From: Spirochaetia bacterium | GTDB taxonomy: Bacteria > Spirochaetota > Spirochaetia > SZUA-6 > Bin103 | Direction of reading: 5' to 3' | Assembly: GCA_965203055.1 (NCBI GenBank) | Contig: OZ241863.1 | Span: 2,464,001-2,528,000, forward strand | Length of the DNA: 64,000 nucleotides | Shown here: one piece after another, positions 39,693 to 49,681 of the stretch | Layout: every line of letters begins with the position of its first letter | Numbering within the stretch: the first letter of the stretch is position 1 | Position numbers and translations under genes: made by a program | The notes under the pieces: generated by a model | The model's database searches: none | Told to the model about the DNA's origin: nothing | The model's input: the letters and a program-made list of their open reading frames with translations, nothing else

Positions 39693-39824
39693 GGTGTCGT
39701 CCCTCCTGTAGCCGGCCACGCTACGGGATGCGCCGGCAGTTGTCAAACAAGCCGGAATCGCTGCGGGACCGCTCCTTGCGCCGCGCCGGCGACCGCACCG
39801 GCGGCCCAAGTCATTGAGCGGCCT

Positions 39825-40673
39825 CTAGCCGCGCACCGCGCCGCCGGTCAGGCCGCCGACGACGTAGCGCTGCAGTACCAGGTAGAGCACGATCACCGGG
39901 ACGGTGGCGACGACCGCCGCGGCCATGATGTTTTCCCAGCGCATCGACATGATGCCGAAGTAGTAGACGTGAATGCCCGGCCCCAGCGGCCGCGCGCGCG
40001 GCGTGGTGGTCAGCGCCAGGGCGTAGAGGAACTCGCGCCATGACATCAGAAACGACACCACGCCCGCGGTGACCAGACCGGGCGCGATCATCGGGCAGAC
40101 GATGCGGATCAGGATCCCCAGGCGGCTGCTCCCGTCGATCGCCGCGGCTTCCTCTATCTCGCGCGGCACGGTGTCGATGTATCCCTTCAGCAGCCACGCG
40201 CTGAACGGCAGGGCGATGGCGGTGTGCGCCAGAATCACCGCGGCGTGGGTATCGAGCAGGCGCGCGCGCACGAAGTAGATGTAGATCGGAATCAGCAGCA
40301 GCGCCATCGGGAACATCTGGCTCATCAGGATGAACACCATCACCGAACGCCGCGCCGGCACCGGAAAGCGCGCCAGCGAGTAGCCGGCCAGCGCGCCGGC
40401 GGCGAGGCACAGCGCCACCGTGCCCGCCCCCACGAGCATGCTGTTGAGGAAGAAGCGCAGCACCGCGCGGTCCTCGTTCAGCAGGCGCCCGTAGTTGATC
40501 AGCACCGGGCGCTGCGGGACGAACTGCGGCGGCGTCCGGTAGGCGTCCTGCTTGGCCTTGAACGAGGTGTTGAGCATCCAATAGAAGGGGAACAGGCTGA
40601 ACAGCAGGTAGGCCGCCAGGAACAGCGCCACCACCGCCAGCGCCGCCGGGCTGCGCCGCTGAACCAGGCTCAT
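39825..40673 (-). CDS. Carbohydrate ABC permease
   Basis: IEEAAAIDG, ends GGAVRG. Confidence 0.9.
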   Translation of the reverse strand: MSLVQRRSPAALAVVALFLAAYLLFSLFPFYWMLNTSFKAKQDAYRTPPQFVPQRPVLINYGRLLNEDRAVLRFFLNSMLVGAGTVALCLAAGALAGYSLARFPVPARRSVMVFILMSQMFPMALLLIPIYIYFVRARLLDTHAAVILAHTAIALPFSAWLLKGYIDTVPREIEEAAAIDGSSRLGILIRIVCPMIAPGLVTAGVVSFLMSWREFLYALALTTTPRARPLGPGIHVYYFGIMSMRWENIMAAAVVATVPVIVLYLVLQRYVVGGLTGGAVRG

Positions 40674-41569
40674 GCGCGCCGCTCTCCGCGGTCGACCAGC
40701 TTCAGGTAGATCACCACGAACACCAGCAGGTAGCAGAACCAGGTCACCCCGATCGCCGACGCCTTGCCGAGCCGCGCGGCGTTGAACGCCGTCTCGTACA
40801 CGTAGAGCGCCAGCGTCTCGGTGGCGTAGCCGGGACCGCCCTGGGTGAGCATGTAGACGATGACGAAGTTCTGGATCGTGTAGATGACGCGCAGGATGGT
40901 CGCGATGGTGATGATCGGCAGCAGCAGCGGCAGCACCACCAGGCGGAACCGCTGCCCGAAGGTGGCGCCGTCCACCACCGCCGCCTCCACCAGCTCCGCC
41001 GGGATCGCCTGCAGGCCGGCGAGCAGGGTCACCATGATGAACGGCACCGACGACCACACGAACACCCCGTTCACCGCCGCCATCGACAAGGTGCCGTCAG
41101 CCAGCCACGGCAGGTTGCCGGCCGCGAGCCCGGCGGCGCGGAGCAGGTAGTTCACGATCCCGGTCTCGGTGCTCAACATCCAGTTCCAGGTCACGCCGAT
41201 CACCACCCCCGGCACCAGCCACGGCACGATGAACAGCGCCCGCAGCAACCCGCGCCCGGCCGTGAGACCGTTCAACGCCAGCGCCAGCGCCATGCCGATC
41301 ACCACGCTGCCGGCCACCGACGCGCCGGTGATGAAGAAGGTGTTGCCGACCACCTGCCAGTAGGTGGGATCGGTGAAGATCTGCTGATAGTTGCGCAGGC
41401 CGACCAGCGGCTGCGTGCGAATGTTGATCAGGTTGGTGGAGGTAACGCTGAGCCGCATCGCGTCCAGCAACGGGAACAGGATGATGCCGGCGATGATGGC
41501 GAACGCCGGGAGCAGCAGCGCCACCCCGAACGCCCGATCGCCCAGCAGTTGGCGGCCGCCCGTGATCAT
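40670..41569 (-). CDS. Carbohydrate ABC permease
   Basis: LVEAAVVDGA, TQGGPG. Confidence 0.9.
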   Translation of the reverse strand: MITGGRQLLGDRAFGVALLLPAFAIIAGIILFPLLDAMRLSVTSTNLINIRTQPLVGLRNYQQIFTDPTYWQVVGNTFFITGASVAGSVVIGMALALALNGLTAGRGLLRALFIVPWLVPGVVIGVTWNWMLSTETGIVNYLLRAAGLAAGNLPWLADGTLSMAAVNGVFVWSSVPFIMVTLLAGLQAIPAELVEAAVVDGATFGQRFRLVVLPLLLPIITIATILRVIYTIQNFVIVYMLTQGGPGYATETLALYVYETAFNAARLGKASAIGVTWFCYLLVFVVIYLKLVDRGERRA

Positions 41570-41636
41570 TTGGGTGAGATGCCGGCGGTTCGGTCAGGCA
41601 GGCCCGCCGCCGCGCGCGGACCTGCCCGGCAACCGG

Positions 41637-42944
41637 TTACTCGGCGAGCAACTGCTCGAACTCGCGCTGCGCCTGGGCGGACACGGCGGCGAAGTCTTCG
41701 CTTTCGATCGCCTCGGTGACGGCCTTGGCCAGGATGTCCTGCAGCCCCGGCCAGCGCGAGTCCTTCCACGGCGCCCCGCGGCTCATCGGCATCTGCGCCG
41801 CGAACGTGCGCGCGAAGTCGTCCTGCAGCAGCGGGTCGTTCTCCAACATGTCGTTGACCGTGGGCAGCAGGCCCATGTTGCCGTAGAGGCCGCTGAGGAC
41901 GTTGGTGTTCGCCGAGGCGAACTTGGCGAACTCGAACGCCCATTCCTTGTTCTTCGAGCTCTCGAACACCACCAGCACCGTCGGATTGGCGATGGTCCAG
42001 TTCTCCCCGGTGACGCCCTTCGGCATCGGGATCACCTCGTAGGCGTCGTCGATGGTCGGATCCTCGGTGAGCGTGCGCAGCATGCCGCGCAGCCACGGTC
42101 CGTCGAACACGAACCCGGCGCGCCGCTCGCCAAACACGATGCGCGTGTTGTAGGGGTCCATGCCCTTGGCGCTGTAGCCGTTGTTGGTCATCCAGGCGTA
42201 GAACTCCAGCGCGCGTTGGAACTCGGCGCTGTCGAGGGTCGGGTTGCCCGCGCCGTCGACCAGCTCGCCGCCCCACGCCCACAGCCACGGCGTGAACCAG
42301 AACGCGGCGTTGGCGCTCTTCACGTTGCGCAGCGAGAAGCCGATGATGTTGCGGCCCTGGTCGTCGGCGCCGAGCGAACCGATCTTGGCGATCTGTTCGC
42401 GGTAGGCGTGAATGTCCTCCACCGCCCCGGCGGGCAGGCCGGCCATCTCCTGCAGCGCGGTGTTGGCGTAGGGCAGAATCGGCCCGTGCCAGAACGGCAC
42501 GCCGTAGGGAACGCCCTCGTAGGTGGCGTCGGCGACCGGCGAGGAGACGTAGCCGGCGATCTCCGCTTCGCTCAGGTAGTTGCTGACCGGCTCCAGAATG
42601 CCCGCTCCGGCAAGCTGCGGAACCCACGACACGACCGGCTCGGTAATGTCGGGCGCGGTGCCGGCCTGGGCCATGATCAGCGCCTGCTCGCGCATCCGCT
42701 GGTAGGTGATGTCCACGAACTCGATGGTGACGTTGGGATTGTTGGCCATGAACGTGGCTGCCAGATCGTTGAACGACTCGCGGCCGAACTCCTCGGCGCG
42801 CATGCGCGTCATGTAGGTCAGCGTCACCGGCCCGTCGCCGGCCGCCGCCTCCTGCTCGCCGGCGGCATACGCCGTTCCGGCCCCCGCCAGCAGCAACGCC
42901 GCCAGCGCCAAGCTAGCTCTCATCAGCATAACGCGGCCCATCAT
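41637..42944 (-). CDS. Sugar ABC solute-binding protein
   Basis: Signal peptide, NPNVTIE, YGVP, FDGPW. Confidence 0.88.
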   Translation of the reverse strand: MMGRVMLMRASLALAALLLAGAGTAYAAGEQEAAAGDGPVTLTYMTRMRAEEFGRESFNDLAATFMANNPNVTIEFVDITYQRMREQALIMAQAGTAPDITEPVVSWVPQLAGAGILEPVSNYLSEAEIAGYVSSPVADATYEGVPYGVPFWHGPILPYANTALQEMAGLPAGAVEDIHAYREQIAKIGSLGADDQGRNIIGFSLRNVKSANAAFWFTPWLWAWGGELVDGAGNPTLDSAEFQRALEFYAWMTNNGYSAKGMDPYNTRIVFGERRAGFVFDGPWLRGMLRTLTEDPTIDDAYEVIPMPKGVTGENWTIANPTVLVVFESSKNKEWAFEFAKFASANTNVLSGLYGNMGLLPTVNDMLENDPLLQDDFARTFAAQMPMSRGAPWKDSRWPGLQDILAKAVTEAIESEDFAAVSAQAQREFEQLLAE

Positions 42945-43002
42945 CCTCCACTCCTCAGATACCGTCAATCAAGCGCTGGCGCGGGGCGCGGGTGGCGCAG
43001 GT

Positions 43003-44052
43003 TCACTCGGGCCAGACGAAGGAAACCTTGCCGAGGGTGGCCGGCGATTCGGCGGCGGCGAACGCCTGCGCCGCCGCGGTGATGGGGAACGTCGCGGCGC
43101 TCAGCGGTGCGAAGCTGGTGCCGGTGGTCACCATCAGTTCCACCAGGTCGTGGTAGTAGTGGATCGGCAGCACCCAGGAGCCGACCACCTGCGCCTGCTT
43201 GCGGATCAGGTCGGCGACGTCGATGGAGGGAGCGAAGCGCAACGGCCACATGCCGCGGCCCACGGTTACCACCCGCCCGCCGCGCGCCACCACCGCCAAC
43301 GCCGCGGCCAGCCCCGCCTCGCTGCCGGAGGCATCGAACACGCGGCCGGGAGCGCGGCCGCCGGCGGCGGCGCGCACCCGCTCGGCGAGGCGCCCCGCCG
43401 CCGGGCCGTCCACCGCGACCGCCGCCACCCCGAGCCGCTCGGCATGGCGGCGCCGCTCCGCGCTCCGGTCCAGGCCGACCACCGGCCAGCCCATGGCGCG
43501 CGCCAGCAGCGCGGCGCTCAGCCCGACCGGGCCCAGCCCCACCACCGCGCAGGCCGCCGCCCCCGGCACCGCCTCCAGTTTGCGCAGCGCGGCGTACGCG
43601 GTGCCGGCGGCGCAGGCCAGGAACGAACCGTCCACGTGGCTCAGCGCCTCCGGCAGCGGACAGCAGTTGCGGGCGTCGGTAAGCAGGTAGTCGGCGTCGG
43701 CGCCGTGCAGATGCCAGCCGTAGCCGCGCCGGGCGGCGCAATACACGATCTCACCGGCCAGACAGTGGCGGCACAGGCCGCACCCGCGGTAGTGGTAGAC
43801 CGACACCCGGCGCCCCACCAGGGCGCGCTCCACCCCGCGGCCCACCTCCGCCACCACCCCGCTGGCTTCGTGTCCGATCACCAGATTCCGGCGCTCGCCG
43901 ATCTCCTCCCAACTGTTGTGAAACGTATGCAGGTCGCTGCCGCAGATGCCGGCGTTGCGCAGCGCCACCACCGCCTCCCCCGGACCGGGGCGCGGGTCGG
44001 GAATGGCGCGCACCTCCACCCGGCCCGCGCCGAGCGGCACCACCCCGCGCAT
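43003..44052 (-). CDS. Zinc-dependent alcohol dehydrogenase
   Basis: GICGSD, GHE, CGLCRHC..C, GLGPVG. Confidence 0.92.
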   Translation of the reverse strand: MRGVVPLGAGRVEVRAIPDPRPGPGEAVVALRNAGICGSDLHTFHNSWEEIGERRNLVIGHEASGVVAEVGRGVERALVGRRVSVYHYRGCGLCRHCLAGEIVYCAARRGYGWHLHGADADYLLTDARNCCPLPEALSHVDGSFLACAAGTAYAALRKLEAVPGAAACAVVGLGPVGLSAALLARAMGWPVVGLDRSAERRRHAERLGVAAVAVDGPAAGRLAERVRAAAGGRAPGRVFDASGSEAGLAAALAVVARGGRVVTVGRGMWPLRFAPSIDVADLIRKQAQVVGSWVLPIHYYHDLVELMVTTGTSFAPLSAATFPITAAAQAFAAAESPATLGKVSFVWPE

Positions 44053-45584
44053 CAGAACGGGCTCCGGTTGCCGCCGGCGGCGGCGCGGATCAGTTGCCGG
44101 CGCTGCTGACTGCGGCGCACCTCGCGGTCGATGCGGCGCCAGTCCCAGCGCGCCAACAGCGCCGCGCGCAGCCGCGCCTCCATCGCCGCCGCGGCCGGGT
44201 CGCCGGCGCGGTTGCGCAGTTCCCGCGGATCCTGCTCCAGGTCATACAGCTCCGGCTCCGGGTCGCTGCCGCCGGACAGGCACAGCTTCCAGTTACCCTG
44301 GCGCAGCATCGCCCGCGGGCGGTCGGTGCCGTGCGCAGTCAGCTCGGCGAACGCCGCATCCTCCCAGCCGGCATCGGGGCCGGCCAACAGCGCGGTCAGG
44401 CTGCGCCCATCCAGCGGCGCCGCGGGCGAGGCCGCGTCGGCGGCCTCCACGATGGTCGCGGTCACATCCACCAGGGAGACGCACTCGCCTACCCGGCGCC
44501 CCGCCGCGGCGCGGCCCGGCCAGCGCACCTGCAGCGGCACCCGCGCCGCCTGCTCGTAGAAGCTCATCTTGCGCCACAGGCCATGCTCGCCGAGCAGCTC
44601 GCCGTGGTCGCTGGTGTGGATTACCAGGGTGTCGCCGGCCAGCCCGAACCGGTCGAGCGCCTCCAGGAGCTGGCGCAGCTTGTCGTCGGCATAGCTGACC
44701 AGACCGTAGTAGGCCGCCCGCGCCCGGCGCACTTGAGCCTCGCTGTAGCCCCGGAAGCCGAACGCGCGGCGCAGCCGCTGCGCCGCCGGGGGCAGCGCCG
44801 CCAGGTGCCCCGGCGGCAGGTGCGGCAGGTCGGCATGGCGCGGGAAGTACTGAGCGAAAAACGGCTCCGGCACCACGAACGGGAAGTGCGGCGCGATCAG
44901 GCCCACGCACAGCGCGAAGGGGCGCCTGCCGCGGCCATGCGCCCGGCGGCGCAGGAATGCCAGCGCCGCCGCTGCCGCGGCGTCGTCGGCATCGATCTCC
45001 GGGGTGCGCCCCGGCCCGGTGGGCGGCGCCGCGGCCGCGTCGCCGGCGGCCGGCGGCTCCTCCCCGTCCGGCCCCGGCGGCACGCGCGAGGCGGTCCGCA
45101 CCACGCCGGCCCACGGCTCGCGCGCCTCCGGCACGCCCTGGTCCCAGGGGAAGATGGGGTGCTCCAGCTCGCAGTGCAGGTCGCGCGCCAACTGCTCCCG
45201 GAAGCCGTGCAGGTGATCGTCGCCGACCAAGTGCATCTTGCCGGCCAGGGCCACCTCGTAGCCCTGCGCCCGCAGCAGGTGCGGCCACGTCACCGCGTCC
45301 GGCGCCAGCGGCGTGGCGTTGTCCCAGCCGGCGCAGTTGTGGGTGTAGCGACCGGTCAGGAAGGAGAGGCGGGACGGTACGCACAGCGGGTTGTTGCAAT
45401 AGGCGGCGTCGAAGGTGACCCCTTCGGCAGCCAGGCGGTCCATCCCCGGAGTGCGGATGAACGGATGGCCGTAGGTACCGCTGAATTGGGCGCCGTGCTC
45501 GTCCGTCATCAGCAACAGGATGTTGGGGCGGGCGGCCGCGGGCGGACCGCCGCCGGGCCCGCCGGGCGGCGCCGCGGGGGTCAT
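44052..45584 (-). CDS. Sulfatase (choline-sulfatase-like subfamily)
   Basis: PNILLLMTDEH, CVPSR, GKMH, SDHGE..GLWRKMSFYE. Confidence 0.92.
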   Translation of the reverse strand: MTPAAPPGGPGGGPPAAARPNILLLMTDEHGAQFSGTYGHPFIRTPGMDRLAAEGVTFDAAYCNNPLCVPSRLSFLTGRYTHNCAGWDNATPLAPDAVTWPHLLRAQGYEVALAGKMHLVGDDHLHGFREQLARDLHCELEHPIFPWDQGVPEAREPWAGVVRTASRVPPGPDGEEPPAAGDAAAAPPTGPGRTPEIDADDAAAAAALAFLRRRAHGRGRRPFALCVGLIAPHFPFVVPEPFFAQYFPRHADLPHLPPGHLAALPPAAQRLRRAFGFRGYSEAQVRRARAAYYGLVSYADDKLRQLLEALDRFGLAGDTLVIHTSDHGELLGEHGLWRKMSFYEQAARVPLQVRWPGRAAAGRRVGECVSLVDVTATIVEAADAASPAAPLDGRSLTALLAGPDAGWEDAAFAELTAHGTDRPRAMLRQGNWKLCLSGGSDPEPELYDLEQDPRELRNRAGDPAAAAMEARLRAALLARWDWRRIDREVRRSQQRRQLIRAAAGGNRSPF

Positions 45585-46303
45585 TGCTGCCCTGCCACGC
45601 CCTGCAGCAGGCCGGCTTCCTGCATCTGTTGCCACTCGCCGGCGAAGGTCTGATTCCAGGTCTCGGTGAGGGGATGCTCCAGCATGGCGCGAAGCACCGG
45701 CCAGAACACGATGATGCCGTCGGCGCCGGCGCGCAGCGCGGCCTGCGCCACCTCCACCGAACGCACCAGGGCGGCGGTGACGAAGGGCCGCTGCTCCCAC
45801 CCCGCGAACATGGCGGCGCACTCGCGCACCAGCCGGCCGGGGTCGCCGCCCATCTGCCTGACCGGCTCGCAGAACGGCAGCACGTGGGTGGCGCCGGCCT
45901 GCGCGGCGGCGGCCGCCTGGGCGAGGGAGAACACCGTGGTGCAGAAGGTGGTGACCCTCTCCTGCTCCAGGACGCGGAAGGCGCCGAGGCCGGCCGCGGT
46001 GCACGGGATCTTGATCGCGATCTGCGGCGACAGCGCCGTGAACACGTGGCTCACCTCGACCAGCTCCTGCGCGGTATGGCCTTCCACCTCCACCACCACC
46101 GGCTTGTCGGTGAGGTCCAGGTAACGGCGCACCACGTCCAGCAACTGGCCGTACTTGCGCACCACCTCATTCAGCACCACGGTATTGGTGACGATCCCGG
46201 CGGCGCCGCGCGCCAGCCATTCGCCCAGGTCGGCCGGATCGCCGGCCAGCCAGATGGCCGGGCCGCGGCCGCGGCGCCGCGCTTCGCTGCTCGATAGCCT
46301 CAT
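45581..46303 (-). CDS. Transaldolase/fructose-6-phosphate aldolase family protein
   Basis: GIVTN, IAIKIP Schiff-base Lys, T.VFSLAQA..AAQAGA, MLEHPLT. Confidence 0.82.
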   Translation of the reverse strand: MRLSSSEARRRGRGPAIWLAGDPADLGEWLARGAAGIVTNTVVLNEVVRKYGQLLDVVRRYLDLTDKPVVVEVEGHTAQELVEVSHVFTALSPQIAIKIPCTAAGLGAFRVLEQERVTTFCTTVFSLAQAAAAAQAGATHVLPFCEPVRQMGGDPGRLVRECAAMFAGWEQRPFVTAALVRSVEVAQAALRAGADGIIVFWPVLRAMLEHPLTETWNQTFAGEWQQMQEAGLLQGVAGQQ

Positions 46304-46331
46304 CGTTCCTCCGTTCGGCCGCGCCCGCGGC

Positions 46332-48299
46332 TCAGTAGTGGAAGCGCTGCAACTCGGCGCGGTCGCGCTCATACTGGGAGCGCAGGGTCTGGGTCACCTC
46401 GCTGCGGCTCACCTCGGCCGGCGCCACGTCCCACCAGGTTTCGGAACCAGGCACGTAGCGGTGCTTCTCCACCTCGCACACGATGACGCAGGAGCGCGTC
46501 TCGGCGCGCGCCGCGCGCAGCGCGCCGCGCACCTCGCCGGGGGTGAACGCGTGCCAGGCGCGCGCCCCCATGCCCTCGGCAATCCGGCCGATGTCGAGCG
46601 GCAGGTAATCGCCCTCCAGCCGCCGCTCGCCGCCGGCTTCGCTGCCGCCGCCGGCTTCGCTGCCGCCGCCGGCTCCGCTGCCGTTGGCGCTGGCGCTACG
46701 GGCGCGGAACTCGTTGCCGAAGGGGTGCCCGGTGCGCCCCATCTGCAGGCGCCGGATCACCTGAAAGCCGTGGTTGTCGATCACCACCACGGTTACCTTG
46801 AGCCGCTCCTGCAGCGCGGTGATCAGTTCCATGGGGTTGAGCAGGAAGGTGCCGTCGCCGACGTACACGAACACCTCCCCCGCGCTGCCGCGCGCCATGC
46901 GCACTCCGATGCCCGCCGGCAGCTCGTAGCCCATGCAGGAGAAGCCGAACTCCAGGTGACAGCGGCTGCCGTTGGCGCCGTCCCACAGCTTGAGGATGTT
47001 GCCCGGCGGGCCGCCGGCCGCGGCGACCACGGTATCGGCGCCGGTGGACTCCTCGTTCAGCACCTGAATCACCTGGCCTTCGCTCATCACCTCGCCGGGA
47101 TGGTCGGCGTAGGCGTCGGTGCGCACCACCTTGTCCCAGTCGGCCTGCGCCGCGGCCACCTCCTGCCGGTAGCCGGGGAACGCCGCGCCGGCGGCGCGGC
47201 CGGCCTCCAGCAGCGCCTCCAGGGCCAGCCGCGCATCGCCCACCAGCGGCACCGCGCCCTGCTTGAAGGCGTCCATCGGGCACACGTTGATGGCGATGAA
47301 ACGTACTCCCGGATGGTGGAACAGGCTCTGCGACGCGGTGACGAAGTCGCTCAGGCGGGTGCCGACGGCGATGATCAGGTCCGCTTCTTCGGCGATGCGC
47401 GCGGAAGCGGCGGTGCCCTCCACCCCATGGCCGCCCAGCGACCACTGCGCGGCGCCGCGCAGCGCGCCTTTGCCGGCGTGGGTCTCGCTCACCGGAATGC
47501 CGAACGTGGTCGCCACGGCCGCGAGCGCGTCCCACGCCTCCGAGTAGTGGACCCCGCCGCCGGCGATGATCAGGGGCCGGCGGGCGCGCCCCAGCAGCGC
47601 CGCCGCCTCGGCGACGCGGTCCGCGGCCGGCGGGCGCCGCTCGATGCGCCAGGTGCGCTCGGCGAAGAAGTGGCGCGGATAGTCATAGGCGTGCGCCTGA
47701 ACGTCCTGCGGCAGGGAGAGGGTCACGGCGCCGGTGTCGGCCGGATCGGTAAGCACCCGCATCGCCTGCGGCAGCGCCGTGAGGAGCTGTTCCGGGCGGG
47801 TGATGCGGTCGAAGAAGCGGCTCACCGGCCGGAAGCAGTCGTTGACGCTGACGTCGCCGGCGGAGGGATGCTCCAACTGCTGCAGCACCGGCCCCTGGCG
47901 GCGGGTGGCGTAGTAGTCGGAGGCCAGCAGCAGCACCGGCATGCGGTTGATGGTGGCGGTAGCCGCGCCGGTCACCATGTTGGTGGCGCCGGGGCCGATG
48001 GAGCTGGTGCACGCCAGCGTCTGGGTGCGGCGCGTGGCGCGCGCGAACCCGGCCGCGGTATGCACCATCGACTGCTCGTTGCGGGTCTGATAGTAGGGCA
48101 GCGCGCCCCCGCTCTGCTCCAGGGCCTGCCCCAGACCGCATACGTTGCCATGGCCGAAGATGCCGAACATGGCCGGTATCAGCCGCCGCCGGGCGCCGTC
48201 CAGCTCGCTGTACTGAACCGCCAGGTACTTCACCACCGCCTGCCCCATGGTGAGGCGTTCCGTTTCCTGACCGCCGGTCAGGCGTTGCGTCTGCGCCAT
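46332..48299 (-). CDS. iolD: TPP-dependent 3D-(3,5/4)-trihydroxycyclohexane-1,2-dione acylhydrolase-like enzyme
   Basis: IFGHGNV, RNEQ, TSSIGPGATN, LQQLEH, EFGFSCMGYE, GDG, WWDV. Confidence 0.9.
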   Translation of the reverse strand: MAQTQRLTGGQETERLTMGQAVVKYLAVQYSELDGARRRLIPAMFGIFGHGNVCGLGQALEQSGGALPYYQTRNEQSMVHTAAGFARATRRTQTLACTSSIGPGATNMVTGAATATINRMPVLLLASDYYATRRQGPVLQQLEHPSAGDVSVNDCFRPVSRFFDRITRPEQLLTALPQAMRVLTDPADTGAVTLSLPQDVQAHAYDYPRHFFAERTWRIERRPPAADRVAEAAALLGRARRPLIIAGGGVHYSEAWDALAAVATTFGIPVSETHAGKGALRGAAQWSLGGHGVEGTAASARIAEEADLIIAVGTRLSDFVTASQSLFHHPGVRFIAINVCPMDAFKQGAVPLVGDARLALEALLEAGRAAGAAFPGYRQEVAAAQADWDKVVRTDAYADHPGEVMSEGQVIQVLNEESTGADTVVAAAGGPPGNILKLWDGANGSRCHLEFGFSCMGYELPAGIGVRMARGSAGEVFVYVGDGTFLLNPMELITALQERLKVTVVVIDNHGFQVIRRLQMGRTGHPFGNEFRARSASANGSGAGGGSEAGGGSEAGGERRLEGDYLPLDIGRIAEGMGARAWHAFTPGEVRGALRAARAETRSCVIVCEVEKHRYVPGSETWWDVAPAEVSRSEVTQTLRSQYERDRAELQRFHY

Positions 48300-48313
48300 G
48301 CTCCTCTCCCTGC

Positions 48314-48386
48314 TGGGCGGTGACGGACTCGAACCGCCGACCACCTGGGTGTAAACCAGGTGCTCTACCAACTGAGCTAACCGCCC
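48314..48386 (-). tRNA. tRNA-Val(TAC), CCA not encoded
   Basis: GGGCGGT-TAGCTCAGTTGGTAGAGC..CCTGG-TTTACAC-CCAGG..GGTTCGAGTCC..ACCGCCCA; promoter TTGACA-N17-TAGCGT upstream. Confidence 0.96.
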
Positions 48387-48485
48387 GCGTCACGCCCGCT
48401 GCGCCGGCACGCTATCCGCCGCGCGCCCGGCTGTCAAACCGCCGCCGGCCGGCCGAACCGGCGCGCGGCGCTCATACTATGGCCG

Positions 48486-49595
48486 TCACGAGCGCGTGAG
48501 CACCTCTACTTGCGTCAGAAATTCTTCGTCGGCGCGGCATTGCACCAGCCGGTCGCCGATATCGGCCAGTTGCTCCGGGTCCACGACGTTGGCCAACAGA
48601 ACCGCCAGACGTTCGCTCGTCTCCGCCCCGAACCGCAACGCCGCCATACGGCAGAGCAGCGCCCGTTCGTGTTCAAGCCCCTGCTCGAGGCCCCGCTCAA
48701 GCCCCTGCTCGAGGCCCCGCTCAAGCCCCCGCTCGAGCCCCTGCTCGAGACCCCGCTCGAGCCCCTGCTCGAGCCCCAGCTTGCGGCCTTGCTCAAGGCC
48801 CTGCTCGCGGCCTTCCCGCATCCACTGCGCGGGCCACTCCCTCAAGCGTTCTTGCAGCATCATCCGTACCTCCTCCAGACTGTCCATCGCCGGCAGCTCC
48901 TCACCGGCCGGCTTGACCTGCTCCATCGAACTCGTCAGCCAGTCGATGAACACCCGTCGCAACTCTACGTTCTCCGACCCCTCCAGCCGCTCCGGCAGCG
49001 CGTTCGCGACCCGTATCAGGTCCGCCTCCGTGCGGCTCTGTTCCAACCCGATCACCGCTCCCATCAGATTGTCGCTCGGCACCTCATCCGCGGCTACGTG
49101 CTGCTCCTCGATCACCAGGTAGCGCTGCGCTGGCTGGTACGGCGCCAGTCCCTCCTCCACCGGCGTGATCAGTTCGCCGATCTCCCGCGGCGCCCGCCAC
49201 CGCGGCGTGCCGTTGTACAGCACGATGGGCAGCACCGCCGGCAGCGCCTCGCGCGCCTCCGGCGCCGCATTGCGCACCAGTTCCTGGTACAGCATGCCGG
49301 TGTAGATCAGAATGCGCAGCGCCATGTAGTGATCGTCGCGCGACTGGAACTCAAGCAGCAACAACAGGTAGGCCCAACCGCCGCCGGGCACGCGCAGCCG
49401 CCATACGGTGTCGCCGTGACGTTTGAGCAATTCGTCGCTGACGTAATCTGACGACAACTTCCGCAGCGTCGAGAAGTCGCTGGCGCCGAGTTGACCGACG
49501 AAGGCGCGTACCAAGTCCTCTACCATGCGCGGGAAGGCGAACAGCTTCTTGTACTGCTCGTCGTACTTGGCGCCGGTCTCGCGTGCGGGTGCCAT
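48486..49595 (-). CDS. Rpn family recombination-promoting nuclease / putative transposase (YhgA-like)
   Basis: YD..YKKLF..P.MVEDL, GD.VW, LLEFQS, PIVLYNG..W; EQGLERG tail repeats. Confidence 0.88.
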   Translation of the reverse strand: MAPARETGAKYDEQYKKLFAFPRMVEDLVRAFVGQLGASDFSTLRKLSSDYVSDELLKRHGDTVWRLRVPGGGWAYLLLLLEFQSRDDHYMALRILIYTGMLYQELVRNAAPEAREALPAVLPIVLYNGTPRWRAPREIGELITPVEEGLAPYQPAQRYLVIEEQHVAADEVPSDNLMGAVIGLEQSRTEADLIRVANALPERLEGSENVELRRVFIDWLTSSMEQVKPAGEELPAMDSLEEVRMMLQERLREWPAQWMREGREQGLEQGRKLGLEQGLERGLEQGLERGLERGLEQGLERGLEQGLEHERALLCRMAALRFGAETSERLAVLLANVVDPEQLADIGDRLVQCRADEEFLTQVEVLTRS

Positions 49596-49681
49596 CTTTC
49601 AGCATCGTAGCACAGGGACCGGCGACCGTGAGTCAAGCGGCTGATCGGGAGATCCGTTACCGCTTCGGCGTTGTCAAGGGG

